Positions 38,652 to 49,866 of a DNA stretch of 64,000 bases are shown here, one piece after another. The notes under the pieces are model-generated. The model ran no database searches. It was not told where the DNA came from and saw only the letters and a program-made list of their open reading frames with translations. Every line of letters begins with the position of its first letter. Positions within the stretch are counted from its first letter, which is position 1. The position numbers and the translations under genes are program-made. Origin of the DNA: an uncultured Acidobacteriota bacterium. GTDB lineage: Bacteria > Acidobacteriota > Terriglobia > Acidiferrales > UBA7541. The stretch spans positions 26,011-90,010 of the forward strand of contig CAWDQT010000011.1 in NCBI GenBank assembly GCA_963804535.1, read 5' to 3'.

Positions 38652-39866
38652 CTATTGGTCGCCACCGCCGCCGGTCGCATTATCTTCCAGCGCGGGATCA
38701 GGCCCCTCGCCCTCGGCAAACGCCTTCTCCGCCGCTCGCGTGTTGGCGAGCATCCCAAGCAGCCCGTAATTGCCCTCGTGGCACCCGCCTTCGTACACCA
38801 TATTCGGTTTGTCGGCGTTCTTCCGCAGCTCCTGCACAAACGTGAAAGGCTTGACCCAAGTCGTCGGGTCCTCAGCGGTTGTAGTGATCTGCAGCGTTTT
38901 GGCATCGATGCGCTTGTAGCGCTCGGTCAAGTGGAGGTTTTCGCGCGAGCCGCGGAACTCGGTCTCCTGGCTGAAATTCGTGACGTCAACCACCAGCGTA
39001 TCGCCTTCCCATCGCCCGATCGAATCGCCCCAGTATTGGTGAATGTTCTTGGGCAGATGCTGCCGGCCCGTGATGGGGATTGGGCGATTGAAGCCCGTGC
39101 CCTGCCCGATGTCGTAATAGATGTCGACGGAATCAGGGCTCTCGACGATGCGCAACACGCCGCCGAAATTGCCGTAGGGCCGGCCATCCGGCGTCAAAAT
39201 TCCTGCCGGGAGAATCACAGGAAGTCCATTGAGCAGACAGCGCTCGACGCTGCTGCGGTCCTCAGGACCATCCGAGCGATTCATGCGCTCGAGGTTGTAG
39301 TCAGGCGGAGGCGCGTTTCGCAGCGGAGAAATCGGTCCAGGCTTGCCACCCGACGTGCCTTGCAGGAGCGCCTCGAGGTACTCACGCCTCTTGGTGATTC
39401 GCGCCTGCGCTTCCGGAGTGTAGGCAGGCATTTTGCCATCGGGCGGATCGATAATCATCGACGTGCGGCGGCCTACTTCCGTCGGCTTATCGCCGAACCA
39501 GTGCTCGTTGTAAGCGCGCGCGACGTCCTTTTCCGTGCCGCGAATGTCCTTGCCGTTGCTTTCGCGGCTGTCTCGGCCCGGGAGCGCGTCGCGCCTGAGC
39601 AGTTCATCTTCGGCTTTCTGATGCTCGGCCTCGGTCATGAACTCCCGATTGCCAAACTGTGCCGGGCGCTGGAATGGGACGACCGTCGTATTACTCCACG
39701 TGCCTTGCAGGTCCGGAGCGCCCCACGGGGTTTTTAAAGTGGCTGCAGCCGATGAAGTATTCGAAGCCGTTTGGCCGATAACTTTCGTGCTCGTCAAGCC
39801 AACGGCAATTAGTATCGCGGCGCTCAGTGCGATTGCCAACAAATGCGAACGAGCTCGAATTCTCAC
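38652..39866 (-). CDS. secreted lipocalin-like family protein (long form), divergent copy
   Basis: 404 aa with 'LKTPWGAPDLQGTW', 'WGDSIGRWEGDTLVVDVTNFSQETEFRGSRENLHLTERY' and 'EDPTTWVKPF'. Confidence 0.85.
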   Translation of the reverse strand: MRIRARSHLLAIALSAAILIAVGLTSTKVIGQTASNTSSAAATLKTPWGAPDLQGTWSNTTVVPFQRPAQFGNREFMTEAEHQKAEDELLRRDALPGRDSRESNGKDIRGTEKDVARAYNEHWFGDKPTEVGRRTSMIIDPPDGKMPAYTPEAQARITKRREYLEALLQGTSGGKPGPISPLRNAPPPDYNLERMNRSDGPEDRSSVERCLLNGLPVILPAGILTPDGRPYGNFGGVLRIVESPDSVDIYYDIGQGTGFNRPIPITGRQHLPKNIHQYWGDSIGRWEGDTLVVDVTNFSQETEFRGSRENLHLTERYKRIDAKTLQITTTAEDPTTWVKPFTFVQELRKNADKPNMVYEGGCHEGNYGLLGMLANTRAAEKAFAEGEGPDPALEDNATGGGGDQ

Positions 39867-39950
39867 GGCGGCCTCCTACACGAAGTAGGCCGATGGTAGC
39901 ACTGGTTTATCGCGTCGCGCCACCTGAGGCGATTTGAACTTGATCGTTGT

Positions 39951-41204
39951 TTGAGTCCCAACCTGGCCTTGAGCCCCAACCTGGCGAACTTACTTGCCGT
40001 AGCTTCCCGGCATCTAAAAACTGCGGTTGTCCTGGTGCTGAATTTGCCGGAGTCGCTTGATAAGGGTACGAATTTGGCTGAGACGCGACAAAGATCGCAA
40101 GTTGCTAAAAAGCGCTGGGGAAAATCTCCGTGGACGATCGATTTTCATCCGTCATCGGCTGCTCTTTCCGAGGAAGTCGATTTCGCCGTAATCGGCGGCG
40201 GATTTACAGGCCTCGCAGCCGCGGCCTGGCTGCGTCATTTGGCGCCGGATAAAACCGTAAGCGTATTCGAAGCGGAGCAAATCGGGGCCGGCGCCAGCGG
40301 GAATACAGGCGCTATGGTCTTGGCGGAAACCTCGGCAGGTGATCTTCCGGGGCTGGGCGACGTTTTGGGCGGCTTTGGTCAGACGATCGCAGAACTCGGA
40401 GTGAAGTGCGATTTCGACCTTCGTGGGGCGTGGGAAATTGGGCGACGCGGTGCGCGCCCAGACTCGCCGATTTCCTGGTCCGATTCCGGCGCGCTGCGCG
40501 TCGTTGCTGAGGTTGCGGGAGGAACGGTTGACGCAGGCAAGCTCATTAGCCAACTGGCGCGCACGGCCGATCGTCTGGGCGCGCAGATTCATGAAGACAC
40601 GCGGGTCGACGAGATCGCTTTTCAAAATCGGCTATGCCTGACGGTGGGCACGAAGCAGATTTACGCCGAAAACGCCCTGATCGCCACGAATGCGCTGTCG
40701 CTCGAACTGAATGTGCTCGTTGGCCGTGCTGAGCCGAAGTTCACGCTGGCGGTCGCAACCGAGCCTCTAACGCGGGCGCAGCTCAAAGATATTGGACTGG
40801 GTTCGGGAAGGTCATTCTATACCGTGGATCTTCCCTATCTTTGGGGACGAACGTTGCCGACCGGCGGAATCATTTTTGGAGGCGGTCTGATCGGCGTGGA
40901 GAATTGGCGCGAACTCTACGAGATCGACATCGACTCGGGCGAGGCGGCCGAACTCATCGCCCGGCTTGAGCGGCGAGTGCGCGGATTGCATCCGGCTCTG
41001 AAATCAGTTGGATTCACAAACCGTTGGGGCGGCCCGATCTTGATCGCCGAAGACTGGAGCCCGGTGTTCACGCACCATCCGCAGAGTGATCGCGCGATTG
41101 TCCTGGGCGCATATGCAGGTCAAGGCGTGGCGCTATCGGTTTATCTGGGCCGATGGGCCGCGGAAGCCATGCTTGGTCTCCGCGAATTGCCGAATTGGGG
41201 ATGA
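39951..41204 (+). CDS. FAD-dependent oxidoreductase (DAO family)
   Basis: Rossmann motif 'DFAVIGGGFTGLAAAAWL'. The start codon is uncertain (non-ATG; no in-frame ATG before the GxGxxG). Confidence 0.65.
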   Translation: MSPNLALSPNLANLLAVASRHLKTAVVLVLNLPESLDKGTNLAETRQRSQVAKKRWGKSPWTIDFHPSSAALSEEVDFAVIGGGFTGLAAAAWLRHLAPDKTVSVFEAEQIGAGASGNTGAMVLAETSAGDLPGLGDVLGGFGQTIAELGVKCDFDLRGAWEIGRRGARPDSPISWSDSGALRVVAEVAGGTVDAGKLISQLARTADRLGAQIHEDTRVDEIAFQNRLCLTVGTKQIYAENALIATNALSLELNVLVGRAEPKFTLAVATEPLTRAQLKDIGLGSGRSFYTVDLPYLWGRTLPTGGIIFGGGLIGVENWRELYEIDIDSGEAAELIARLERRVRGLHPALKSVGFTNRWGGPILIAEDWSPVFTHHPQSDRAIVLGAYAGQGVALSVYLGRWAAEAMLGLRELPNWG

Positions 41205-41299
41205 CGTGCTCGGAAGAGTTAGAATCTAGTTCGGCCTGACAATGCCCATCGCAGAAAGCTCCAGCCATCACTTGCCCCTCGAAATCAGCGCATAAATAA

Positions 41300-43978
41300 A
41301 TGACCCGCGAAGATCAAAGGCTCGAGGACGTGCGACTGGGCAAAGCGCAATGGAGGCATTGGGGGCCCTATCTAAGCGAGCGCCAATGGGGGACGGTTCG
41401 CGAGGATTACAGCTCCAATGGCACGGCTTGGGAATATTTTCCGCACGACCACGCCCGTTCCCGCGCCTATCGCTGGGGCGAAGACGGCATCGCGGGAATC
41501 TGCGATAGCCATCAGCATATCTGCTTCGCGCCGGCATTCTGGAACCGGCGCGATCCGATCCTCAAGGAACGGCTGTTTGGCCTGACCGGTCACGAAGGCA
41601 ATCACGGCGAAGACGTAAAGGAATGCTATTTCTACCTCGACGCCACACCAACGCACTCCTACTTGAAGATGCTCTACAAGTATCCCCAGTCCGAATTCCC
41701 CTACGCGCGGCTGGTCTCCGAGAACGGCCGCCGGACGAAAGCCGATCCCGAATTCGAGCTGCTCGATACCGGTGTGTTCGATGGCAATCGCTATTTCGAT
41801 ATCTTCGTGGAGTACGCAAAGGCGACGGCGGGAGACATCTTAATTCGCGTCACAGCATGGAATCGCGGAAGCGATTCCGCTCCCCTTGACCTGCTCCCGA
41901 CGATTTGGTTTCGCAATACGTGGTCCTGGCGCGACGAAACGCAGCGGCCCAAGCTCTGGCGAGTGCGTGACCAGCTCGGCTACGAATGTATTCGCCTTCA
42001 GGCTGCGGACGATGTACAGCATTGGCTTATTGCGGAAGGCGCACCTAAATTGCTATTCACCGACAATGAGACCAACTTTAAGCGCCTGTTTGGAGTTGAG
42101 AACCGTGCCACATACCTGAAAGACGCCTTTCACGATTACCTGATCGCCGAGAATGAATCCGCGGTGAATCCTGACGAAACAGGCACCAAGGCCGCGGCAC
42201 TCTATCGCTTCGAAATACCGGCAGGCGGCTCCGCAACGGTTCAGTTACGCCTCACAGATCAGAACCCCGATGTTGCTTTTAGTCAGCCGCCCTTCGGCCA
42301 GGCGCCCTTCAGCGAAGTGTTCGATGAGGTGTTCCGCGCGCGCATCGCGGAAGCCGACGAGTTCTACGCCCAGTATGCCTCCCGCAAAATGACGGATGAT
42401 GCCCGGCAGGTACAAAGGCAGGCTTTCGCCGGCCTGCTGTGGTCGCAGCAGTCTTACCACTACGACGTGGACGCTTGGCTGCACGGCGATCCGGCCTTTC
42501 CTGGGTGTCCGGCAGAACGCAAAAAGGGACGTAATTATCGATGGAAGCACTTTCACGCCGCCGATGTACTGTCCATGCCCGATAAATGGGAATATCCCTG
42601 GTTTGCGTCCTGGGATTCCGCCTTTCATTGCGTGGCGCTAGCCGTAATCGATCCGGAATTCGCCAAGGAACAGCTCATTCTTCTGCTGCGCGAATGGTAT
42701 ATGCATCCGAATGGACAATTGCCGGCCTATGAGTGGGCGTTTGACGACGTTAATCCGCCTGTGCACGCCTGGGCGGCATGGCGCGTATATAAAATCGAAA
42801 AACGCGTGCGTGGCCGCGCCGATCGCGCCTTCCTGGAACGCGTTTTTCAAAAGCTGCTGATCAATTTCACATGGTGGGTGAATCGCAAGGATCCTGACGG
42901 TCTGAACGTATTTGAGGGCGGATTTCTGGGGCTGGATAACGTCGGGGTCTTTGACCGTTCAGCGCCTTTGCCCACGGGCGGTCATTTGGAGCAAGCGGAC
43001 GGCACAAGTTGGATGGGTACGTATTGCTTGAACATGCTGGCGATGGCCCTGGAGCTGTCGCGAGAAGATCGGGTTTACGGAAGCGTTGCCAGCAAGTTTT
43101 TCGAACACTTCATCTATATAACCCAGGCGATGAACGATCTTGGCGGCGAAGGCATCGCGCTCTGGGATGAGGAAGACGGTTTCTACTACGACGTCTTGCA
43201 TCTGCCGGACGGCTCACAGAGCTTCCTGAAAGTTCGTTCCATGGTCGGGCTGGCTCCGCTTTTTGCCGTGGAGACGCTGGAGCCCGAAATGCTCGTGAAC
43301 TTGCCTCATTTCCGCGAACGCGTGCAGTGGTTCCTGGAAAACGTGCCCGCTGCCTCTCGTCACCTTGATATGAGCCAGAAATCGCCTAACGGCCACCGAC
43401 AGCTGCTTTCTCTCGTGAATCGCGAACGCCTGCTGCGCGTCCTGAGTTACATGCTGGACGAGAAGGAGTTTCTCTCGCCGTACGGCATCCGCTCGCTTTC
43501 CCGCTTTCATCTGGACCATCCTTACACTTTGAGCATGATGGGAAACGAATATCGGGTTGGCTACGAACCGGCCGAGTCTCGCACCGGCACATTCGGCGGA
43601 AACTCGAATTGGAGAGGGCCGATATGGTTCCCCATGAATTTTCTGATCATCGAATCCCTGCAAAGATTCCACTACTATTATGGCGATGAGTTGCAGGTTG
43701 ATTTTCCAACGGGTTCGGGGCGCAAGCTGACGCTCTGGCAAATTGCGGCGGAGCTCTCCATGTCGCTGAGCAGCATCTTTTTGCGCGACAAGAATGGGCG
43801 CCGCGCGGTATGCGGCTCGATCGAGCAACTTCAGTCTGATCCTTACTGGCGCAATCTTGTGCTCTTCTTCGAATATTTTCACGGCGAGACAGGTGCTGGG
43901 TTGGGCGCTTCGCACCAAACGGGATGGACCGCATTGGTGGCCAAGCTACTCGAACAAAGCGGGGCACACGCAAGCTAG
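41300..43978 (+). CDS. GH63-like glucosidase (MGH1-like glycoside hydrolase)
   Basis: 892-aa intact ORF. The (alpha/alpha)6-barrel region has '[14 protein letters not shown]' and '[15 protein letters not shown]', typical of bacterial GH63-like enzymes. Confidence 0.7.
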   Translation: MTREDQRLEDVRLGKAQWRHWGPYLSERQWGTVREDYSSNGTAWEYFPHDHARSRAYRWGEDGIAGICDSHQHICFAPAFWNRRDPILKERLFGLTGHEGNHGEDVKECYFYLDATPTHSYLKMLYKYPQSEFPYARLVSENGRRTKADPEFELLDTGVFDGNRYFDIFVEYAKATAGDILIRVTAWNRGSDSAPLDLLPTIWFRNTWSWRDETQRPKLWRVRDQLGYECIRLQAADDVQHWLIAEGAPKLLFTDNETNFKRLFGVENRATYLKDAFHDYLIAENESAVNPDETGTKAAALYRFEIPAGGSATVQLRLTDQNPDVAFSQPPFGQAPFSEVFDEVFRARIAEADEFYAQYASRKMTDDARQVQRQAFAGLLWSQQSYHYDVDAWLHGDPAFPGCPAERKKGRNYRWKHFHAADVLSMPDKWEYPWFASWDSAFHCVALAVIDPEFAKEQLILLLREWYMHPNGQLPAYEWAFDDVNPPVHAWAAWRVYKIEKRVRGRADRAFLERVFQKLLINFTWWVNRKDPDGLNVFEGGFLGLDNVGVFDRSAPLPTGGHLEQADGTSWMGTYCLNMLAMALELSREDRVYGSVASKFFEHFIYITQAMNDLGGEGIALWDEEDGFYYDVLHLPDGSQSFLKVRSMVGLAPLFAVETLEPEMLVNLPHFRERVQWFLENVPAASRHLDMSQKSPNGHRQLLSLVNRERLLRVLSYMLDEKEFLSPYGIRSLSRFHLDHPYTLSMMGNEYRVGYEPAESRTGTFGGNSNWRGPIWFPMNFLIIESLQRFHYYYGDELQVDFPTGSGRKLTLWQIAAELSMSLSSIFLRDKNGRRAVCGSIEQLQSDPYWRNLVLFFEYFHGETGAGLGASHQTGWTALVAKLLEQSGAHAS

Positions 43979-44025
43979 AGCGAAACAGAAAACGAAAAGA
44001 AGAAGAGGAGGCATCTAATTCTTCA

Positions 44026-44751
44026 ATGACGCCAGAACTTCGCTTTAAAGATAAAGTCGCGCTGATCGCCGGTGGCACCGGCGCGTTGGGTCGCGCAGTA
44101 GCGACAGCTTTCGCGCGTGAAGGCGCGCGAGTCATCGTGACGTACCGGCACCAGCAGGAATTCGACGCATTCATTTCTCAATCGAAGACCGACGGCTACG
44201 AGGCAACAGGCGTAATGGTCGATGCGACCGATCCTGTCAGCGTCGCGCGGATGGTCGAGGACATTCTTGCGAAACGCGGCGCGCTCGACATTCTGGTGAA
44301 CACCATCGGCGCCTACCACGGCGGCAAGCGAATCTGGGAAGAGGAACCCTCAGCCTACGAGCAGATGATGTCCCTCAATCTGAAAGCTGGATTTGCGCTC
44401 GCTCGCGCCGTGATCCCGGCGATGATCCGGCAGAACCGCGGCTGGATCGTCAACGTGGCATCGCGGGCAGCTTACGGCAACTCTCCCGGCGCCGCTCTAT
44501 ATGCCGCATCAAAGGCCGGGGCGCTCGCGCTGTTCGATTCGCTCGCCGAGGAAGTCAAACCTTATCCCATCTCCGTCAATTCTGTCGTACCCAGCATCTT
44601 TGACACTCCCGCAAATCGACAGGCCATGCCTAAAGCGGATTATGCGAACTGGCCCAAGCCGGAAGAGATTGCCGACGTAATTCTGTTCCTGTGCTCACCG
44701 CAGGCCCGCATCGTTCACGGCGCCGCCATTCCCGTCTATGGCAGGACGTAA
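44026..44751 (+). CDS. SDR family oxidoreductase
   Basis: 'ALIAGGTGALGRAV' (TGxxxGxG) and 'YAASKAG' (YxxxK). ATG 44026 is preferred. Confidence 0.85.
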   Translation: MTPELRFKDKVALIAGGTGALGRAVATAFAREGARVIVTYRHQQEFDAFISQSKTDGYEATGVMVDATDPVSVARMVEDILAKRGALDILVNTIGAYHGGKRIWEEEPSAYEQMMSLNLKAGFALARAVIPAMIRQNRGWIVNVASRAAYGNSPGAALYAASKAGALALFDSLAEEVKPYPISVNSVVPSIFDTPANRQAMPKADYANWPKPEEIADVILFLCSPQARIVHGAAIPVYGRT

Positions 44752-44754
44752 GGC

Positions 44755-46781
44755 TTGAGCGCGCCGATCGTCGTCAAATTTGGCTCGGAAATTTGCGGCT
44801 CACTCGATGTCGGGAACGAACGCGAGTGGCTGGCGACGAATGGGCTGGGCGGGTTTGCTTCCGGCACGGTCACTGGCGTACTGACGCGGCGCTACCACGG
44901 CCTATTGATTGCTGCCGTTCCTGAGTTGGGCCGAGTTCTCCTGATCCCAAAAGCCGAAGAAATCCTCCGCTATGCAGGCCGCGATTACGCCCTGGGGGCT
45001 AATCGTTGGTCGAGCGGCAGCGTCGAGCCGCAGGGATTTCGACTCATCGAGCAATTTCGTCTTGCGGGATCGGTGCCTGTGTGGAGATTCGCCTGCGCCG
45101 ACGCGATATTCGAAAAGCGCGTATGGATGCAGGACGGCGCGAACACAACTTTCATCCGCTACGAACTTGTCTATGCCTCCGAACCCGCGGAATTGGAAAT
45201 CAAAATTCTCGTGAACTATCGCGATATTCACGCCACGACGCAGGCAGGCGACTGGAAGACATCTGTGACGCCGGTTCCAGGCGGTCTGTGCGTTGTCGCT
45301 CGCGAGGGAGCCATTCCCGTTTACTTGCTCAGCGATGTCGCAGCAGGGAGAGGCTCGCAGCGAATGGTATCGAAATTACGATCTGGCTGTGGAACGCGAG
45401 CGCGGGCTGGACCATCGCGAGGACCACTTGCTCGCGGCAGTTTTCAAGACGCGCCTCGCGCCTGGCGGCTCGGTGACGTTTGCGTTCAGCACCGATCCCA
45501 AACCGCAGCTCGAGAATCGCGCGGCGCTCACCGCGCGCGAGGACTTGGACCAGAAGCTGCTCGAATGCTGGATCGCTGCGCATCCGCGAGCGGCCCTCGA
45601 AGCTCCGCACTGGATTTGGCAACTGGTATTGGCGGCAGCTCAATTTCCAGCACGCCGTCGCACTTCAGATGGACGCGAGAGATGGTCGATTGTGGCCGGT
45701 TACCCCTGGTTCGGCGAATGGGGCCGGGACGCGATGATTGCGCTCCCCGGTTTGGCGTTGGAGACCGGCCGGCCCGAGATAGCACGATCCGTGCTGCACG
45801 AATTTCCGAGCTTCGCGCAACAGGGCCTGCTTCCCAACACGTTTTCGGAGAAAGGCGAACCCGCGGCCTATAACACCGTGGATTCGATGCTTTGGTACTT
45901 TCAGGCTCTGCGGGAATACGTGGCCCAGACCTCAGACCTGAGCATCGTTCGAGAGGTTTTCGAGGTACTCGCCGCCGCCGTCGATTGGTACGTGCGCGGG
46001 ACGCGATATGGCATTCACGTGGATCCTGCCGACGGTTTGCTTTGCGCAGGAGAGCCCGGAAGCCAAATTACGTGGATGGATGCAAAAGTTGGCGATCGCC
46101 CGATTACCCCGCGCATAGGCAAGCCCGTGGAGATCAACGCGCTTTGGTTCAACGCCCTTCATACGATGGCGCGGTTCGCCCCGGAACTGGGAAAGCGGGC
46201 AGACGAATATAAAGGCCTCGCCGAGCGCGTGAAGAAAAGTTTCGCGCGCTATTGGAACGAGGAGCGCCAATGCTGCTTTGATGTAATCGACGGCCCGCAG
46301 GGAAATGATAGTTCGCTGCGCCCAAATCAAATTTTTGCGGTCTCGCTACCCGAGAGCCCACTGAACGCGGATCAGAGAAAACAGGTCTTAGATTGCCTGC
46401 GCGCTACATCTGCTAACGCCACACGGATTGCGCAGCCTGGACGCTGCCGATCCGAGTTATTGCGGCCGTTATGAAGGCCCGCAGTCGGAGCGCGACGCCG
46501 CTTACCACCAGGGGACCGTGTGGTCCTGGCTGCTCGGCCCTTTTGTCCTGGCCCACCTGCGCGTTTACCAGAATCCGCAGCAAGCCTTCGCGTTCCTCGA
46601 ACCCATGGCCCACCATCTTTCGGCAGCCGGGCTGGGCACCATCAGCGAGATCTTCGATGGCGACGCGCCTTACCTCCCGCGCGGTGCGTTTGCGCAGGCC
46701 TGGAGCGTGGCGGAAATCTTGCGCGCGTGGCGCGCCTGTCACGACGCCGGCCTCAAAGAGAAGAACGTGCTGAAGCCCTGA
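44755..46781 (+). CDS. glycogen debranching enzyme (GDE N-terminal domain plus amylo-alpha-1,6-glucosidase), two frameshifts as sequenced
   Basis: ORFs 44755.., 45293..46474 and 46428..46781 join at 'DVAAG|[11 protein letters not shown]' (extra A about 45349) and 'LRA|[16 protein letters not shown]' (about 46406). '[14 protein letters not shown]' and '[15 protein letters not shown]' are present. Confidence 0.82.
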
Positions 46782-47398
46782 AGCATCATGCTCACGCGCT
46801 TCTTTGCCTTCTTCGGAGATTCCACCAGCTCGATTAAAAGCTTGCGATTGTCTGCGATGGGCACGAGAAAGAAGTTCACTCGCGTTTGGTTCGCGCCCGC
46901 GCGAATCTGGGGATAAATCGGCTGAACTTGGAAGCGCTGTTGCAGGATTTCCGTAGCGCGCGAGGCGTCACGCACATCGCATTCGACCTGCTGGATGCCT
47001 TCGCCAAAGCGCGCGAGAAATTTCGCGATGGCACCCTCTCCTGTCGCCGTGCGCGGCGTAATCACATCCAGCCGCACGCCATGAGCAAAGCTCAATTCAA
47101 ATTCGAGCACGTCCTGATCCGCGGGAACTTCCGCGAGTGGCGGCTGCCCGAAACGCGCACGAATCGCTTCGAAGGTCGGCGGCTGAACCGCCAGGCCCAC
47201 CGTGAGCAGGACACCTCCGCGAGGAACCAGCGCGCGGAACTCCGGATCGGCGAACCATTTTTTCAGCACCGGTTCAGCGCTGGCGCAGCCTAGCCGAAAT
47301 AGCGCATAAGCGGCCGCTTCTCGCTCTTTGGCATCAGCTCCTGCCAATTTCGCAATATTGGCGGCGATACTTTCAGGAGATGGAGATGCGGAACTCAT
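46739..47398 (-). CDS. hypothetical protein, possible VOC/glyoxalase-like domain
   Basis: 219-aa ORF with codon usage like its neighbours. Only a weak resemblance to the VOC fold ('GIQQVECDV','LIELVE'). Confidence 0.45.
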   Translation of the reverse strand: MSSASPSPESIAANIAKLAGADAKEREAAAYALFRLGCASAEPVLKKWFADPEFRALVPRGGVLLTVGLAVQPPTFEAIRARFGQPPLAEVPADQDVLEFELSFAHGVRLDVITPRTATGEGAIAKFLARFGEGIQQVECDVRDASRATEILQQRFQVQPIYPQIRAGANQTRVNFFLVPIADNRKLLIELVESPKKAKKRVSMMLQGFSTFFSLRPAS

Positions 47399-47467
47399 GC
47401 TGGAAGGCTTCAGTGTACCGCCAATGTCTTAGAGGGATTGCGCGAACGAGGGAGAAGGAGTTTTAGA

Positions 47468-48334
47468 TCACTGCGCGTTTTGCTCTGAAGTTTCGACTGC
47501 GTTCAAATTCGAGAGTTCAACACGAGCCGTTTTTGCCGGCGGGACGGATATAGCGACATCCCACTGGAGGCGGAGATCGCCGGCCAAAGCGGGAATATCG
47601 AGATTGGTAATCCAGTACTCTCCGGCAGGGACGTTGTCAAAAGCCGCGTGACCGCTGAGATTGCTGACCGCCGTCGCCACCAGATAACGTGTTTGCGCGA
47701 GTTGCATGACTCGCTTTTCGAGATGGCGCTGCTGTTCACCTTGAACCTTGGCCCAGCGTGGATACGGATTTACATCCCTGAGCTCGGCGTCGATTCCCTC
47801 TATGGAATCTACGTTCGCCTGAATATAACGGCGAAGCGCCTGCCGATATTGCTCGCGGTCCTCCTTATATTTTTCCGGATTCTTCTGCTCTTCGCCCTTC
47901 TTGTACTTGGGTTCCGGAATAACGGCGTGCAAGGCCGCGCCATTCTGGCTCGTATAGGCGGTCAGAAATTCGGGCACCTTGACAACGTCATCCGGACTAA
48001 CTTCCTTCGTGAAATCTGTGCCGGCGAGATCGACGCGCCGATGTTTTGATATCCAATCCTTCAATTCCGCGGAGACGTCAAGCTGGGCGACGAAATGATC
48101 GAGATCCACCATGCTGTCGGCTGTTGCGACTTCCTTGCGTATATCGGAAAGGCTTCTCGATAAGAGATAGAAGGTCATTCCGCGCACCGGTTCCGGCTGC
48201 GCTTGGGATGCTCTTACATAAGCATTCAATTCGACACTGCCCGTCGCGCTGGCTTGTGCGGCCGCGGTTTGGGCAGCCGGAATTAACAAGGCGCTAAGGG
48301 CACAGGCAAAAGCAAGTGGGCGTAGATTTCGCAC
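47468..48334 (-). CDS. secreted hypothetical protein
   Basis: 288 aa with signal peptide 'LAFACALSALLIPAAQTAAA'. No family was recognised. Confidence 0.6.
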   Translation of the reverse strand: MRNLRPLAFACALSALLIPAAQTAAAQASATGSVELNAYVRASQAQPEPVRGMTFYLLSRSLSDIRKEVATADSMVDLDHFVAQLDVSAELKDWISKHRRVDLAGTDFTKEVSPDDVVKVPEFLTAYTSQNGAALHAVIPEPKYKKGEEQKNPEKYKEDREQYRQALRRYIQANVDSIEGIDAELRDVNPYPRWAKVQGEQQRHLEKRVMQLAQTRYLVATAVSNLSGHAAFDNVPAGEYWITNLDIPALAGDLRLQWDVAISVPPAKTARVELSNLNAVETSEQNAQ

Positions 48335-48435
48335 GCCGAAATGCTAACAGATCAAATCGGAATGAAACCGAGATCAAAGAACAAGGGTGCGCGTAAAGGT
48401 ACTGGCGCCTGTTTTGGTGAGAACTGCTCTATTGG

Positions 48436-49639
48436 TTAGAGGAGACGGAAATTGACTTCGATCGGCGTAATCGTCGCTACCGGCGTGCCATTGGGACCGA
48501 TTGCCGGCTTGAAGCGCCAGGTACGCACGGCTTCGATTGCCTTCTCGTCCAGTCCGAGACCCGCGCCCTTCACCACCTGGATGTTGGTCGCATGGCCGTC
48601 CGGCTGGATGATCACCTGCAGGACCACAATTCCCTGGAACTTGGCTTTGCGCGCGTCTTCCGAATACTGCGGCTCGGGGCAATACAGGCAGGCCGGGTAA
48701 CCGACTCCACCCGTTCCCGGACGAAAAGCGCCGCCGCCGGTGCCGCCGCCGGAGCCCGGGCCTAACCCACCGCCGCTTCCGCTGCCGATTCCGCCACCAT
48801 CACCCGTGCCCATTCCTCCGCCGCCACCGGCACCCGCGGAGACGCTCATCATGGCTGCCAGCGGATCGCCGAAGTTCGGATCGTTCGGACTTGGAATCTT
48901 CAGCTCCGGCGGACCCAGGAGAGTTGGCTCAGAAGCCAGCTGCGGATTGGGATGTGGAGTCACCAGAGGCGGAGTAATCCGCGTCATGCTCCACTTTGGC
49001 AGTTTGCCCTGCGTATCGGGTAGCTGCTTGTGTTCGCCTCCTCCGCCTCCGCCGCCCGCTCTTTCTTTTCCAGGAGGCAGCTTGGAAAGGTAAGGCGAAA
49101 TATCAATCACCTCCGTGCTGGCCTGCACGGGCGGCTGCACCATATGGTGAAAGAGGGGCACGAGGATCAATATGGCAATCACGGCATGCACGCCGATCGA
49201 GATCATCTGCGCCGTGCTGTATTCGCGCCGCTTGACCCAGAGCGGCCTCACCGGCACGGGCTTGCTGGTGAGCTTCAGCGGCGGCAACTTGGGCGGCGAA
49301 ATCAGATCGTGCAAGTTGCGCCAAAACACGCGGTACGTGGGCTCGAGGTCCACGATCATGCCCGACGCGGCCGCGCCCGTAACCTTTGGCGAGGGACGGA
49401 AAAACGACTTCAGGCTTTCGGAAAAGCTGCTGTCCACACCTTCGGTATAAAAAACTTGCTGCCGCGCGTTGCGCGGAATACGGATGGATCGTCTCCGTTA
49501 GAAAGTCCTTAAGGTTGGTCCAGAAGCTGGATGACTGGAGCTGCCGGCTCGGGGCAAACGAAGGCGTCGGGCCGCTACCGAGATTCAAGTGCGCGGTCTG
49601 CGGATCGCGTGTCGTGGGGTTCAGGTTCAGTCGTTGCAT
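48436..49639 (-). CDS. tonB: energy transducer TonB, probable N-terminal frameshift as sequenced
   Basis: C-terminal TonB domain 'FQGIVVLQVIIQPDGHATNIQVVKGAGLGLDEKAIEAVRTWRFKPA' and a Gly-rich linker. Upstream ORF 49103..49639 ('SSFWTNLKDFLTE') joins 'RRSIRIPRNARQQVFYTEGVDSSFSE' with one base removed about 49490. Confidence 0.75.
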
Positions 49640-49866
49640 ACGTGACTCTGCCTAGGCTCCACCAAAGGAGTTAGATTCATCGGCGGCCAAAAGGATGTCC
49701 TGGTCACGAGGCTGACTTGGCCAAAAATAAATTGTACCATATGACTTTTCACCTTGTGCACCGCCGTTTGGTATGTTGAGTACTTAGAATTACCCGACCT
49801 AAAAGAGCCAGCCGCTCGGGTCGTAATGGCCCCGAACTGCCGCGGAAGTACGGAGTTCTCTGACAG

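Noticed and set aside
11350-39900. The possibility that the accessory block is a mobile genomic island.
   Set aside because: No integrase, transposase, tRNA target or flanking direct repeats were found. The lower GC is only a visual impression, so no mobile_element call is made.
39951-39990. Direct repeat 'agtcccaacctggcc/agccccaacctggcg' at the annotated start of the FAD oxidoreductase ORF.
   Set aside because: It is a single imperfect 15-nt duplication, probably upstream of the true start. No functional reading is justified.
48700-48900. Repetitive ggc/gga/ccg-rich DNA that looks like a short-period repeat.
   Set aside because: It encodes the Gly-rich linker of TonB ('GGGGMGTGDGGGIGSGSGGGLGPGSGGGTGGG'). 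There are no spacers or regular period, so it is not a CRISPR array or tandem DNA repeat.
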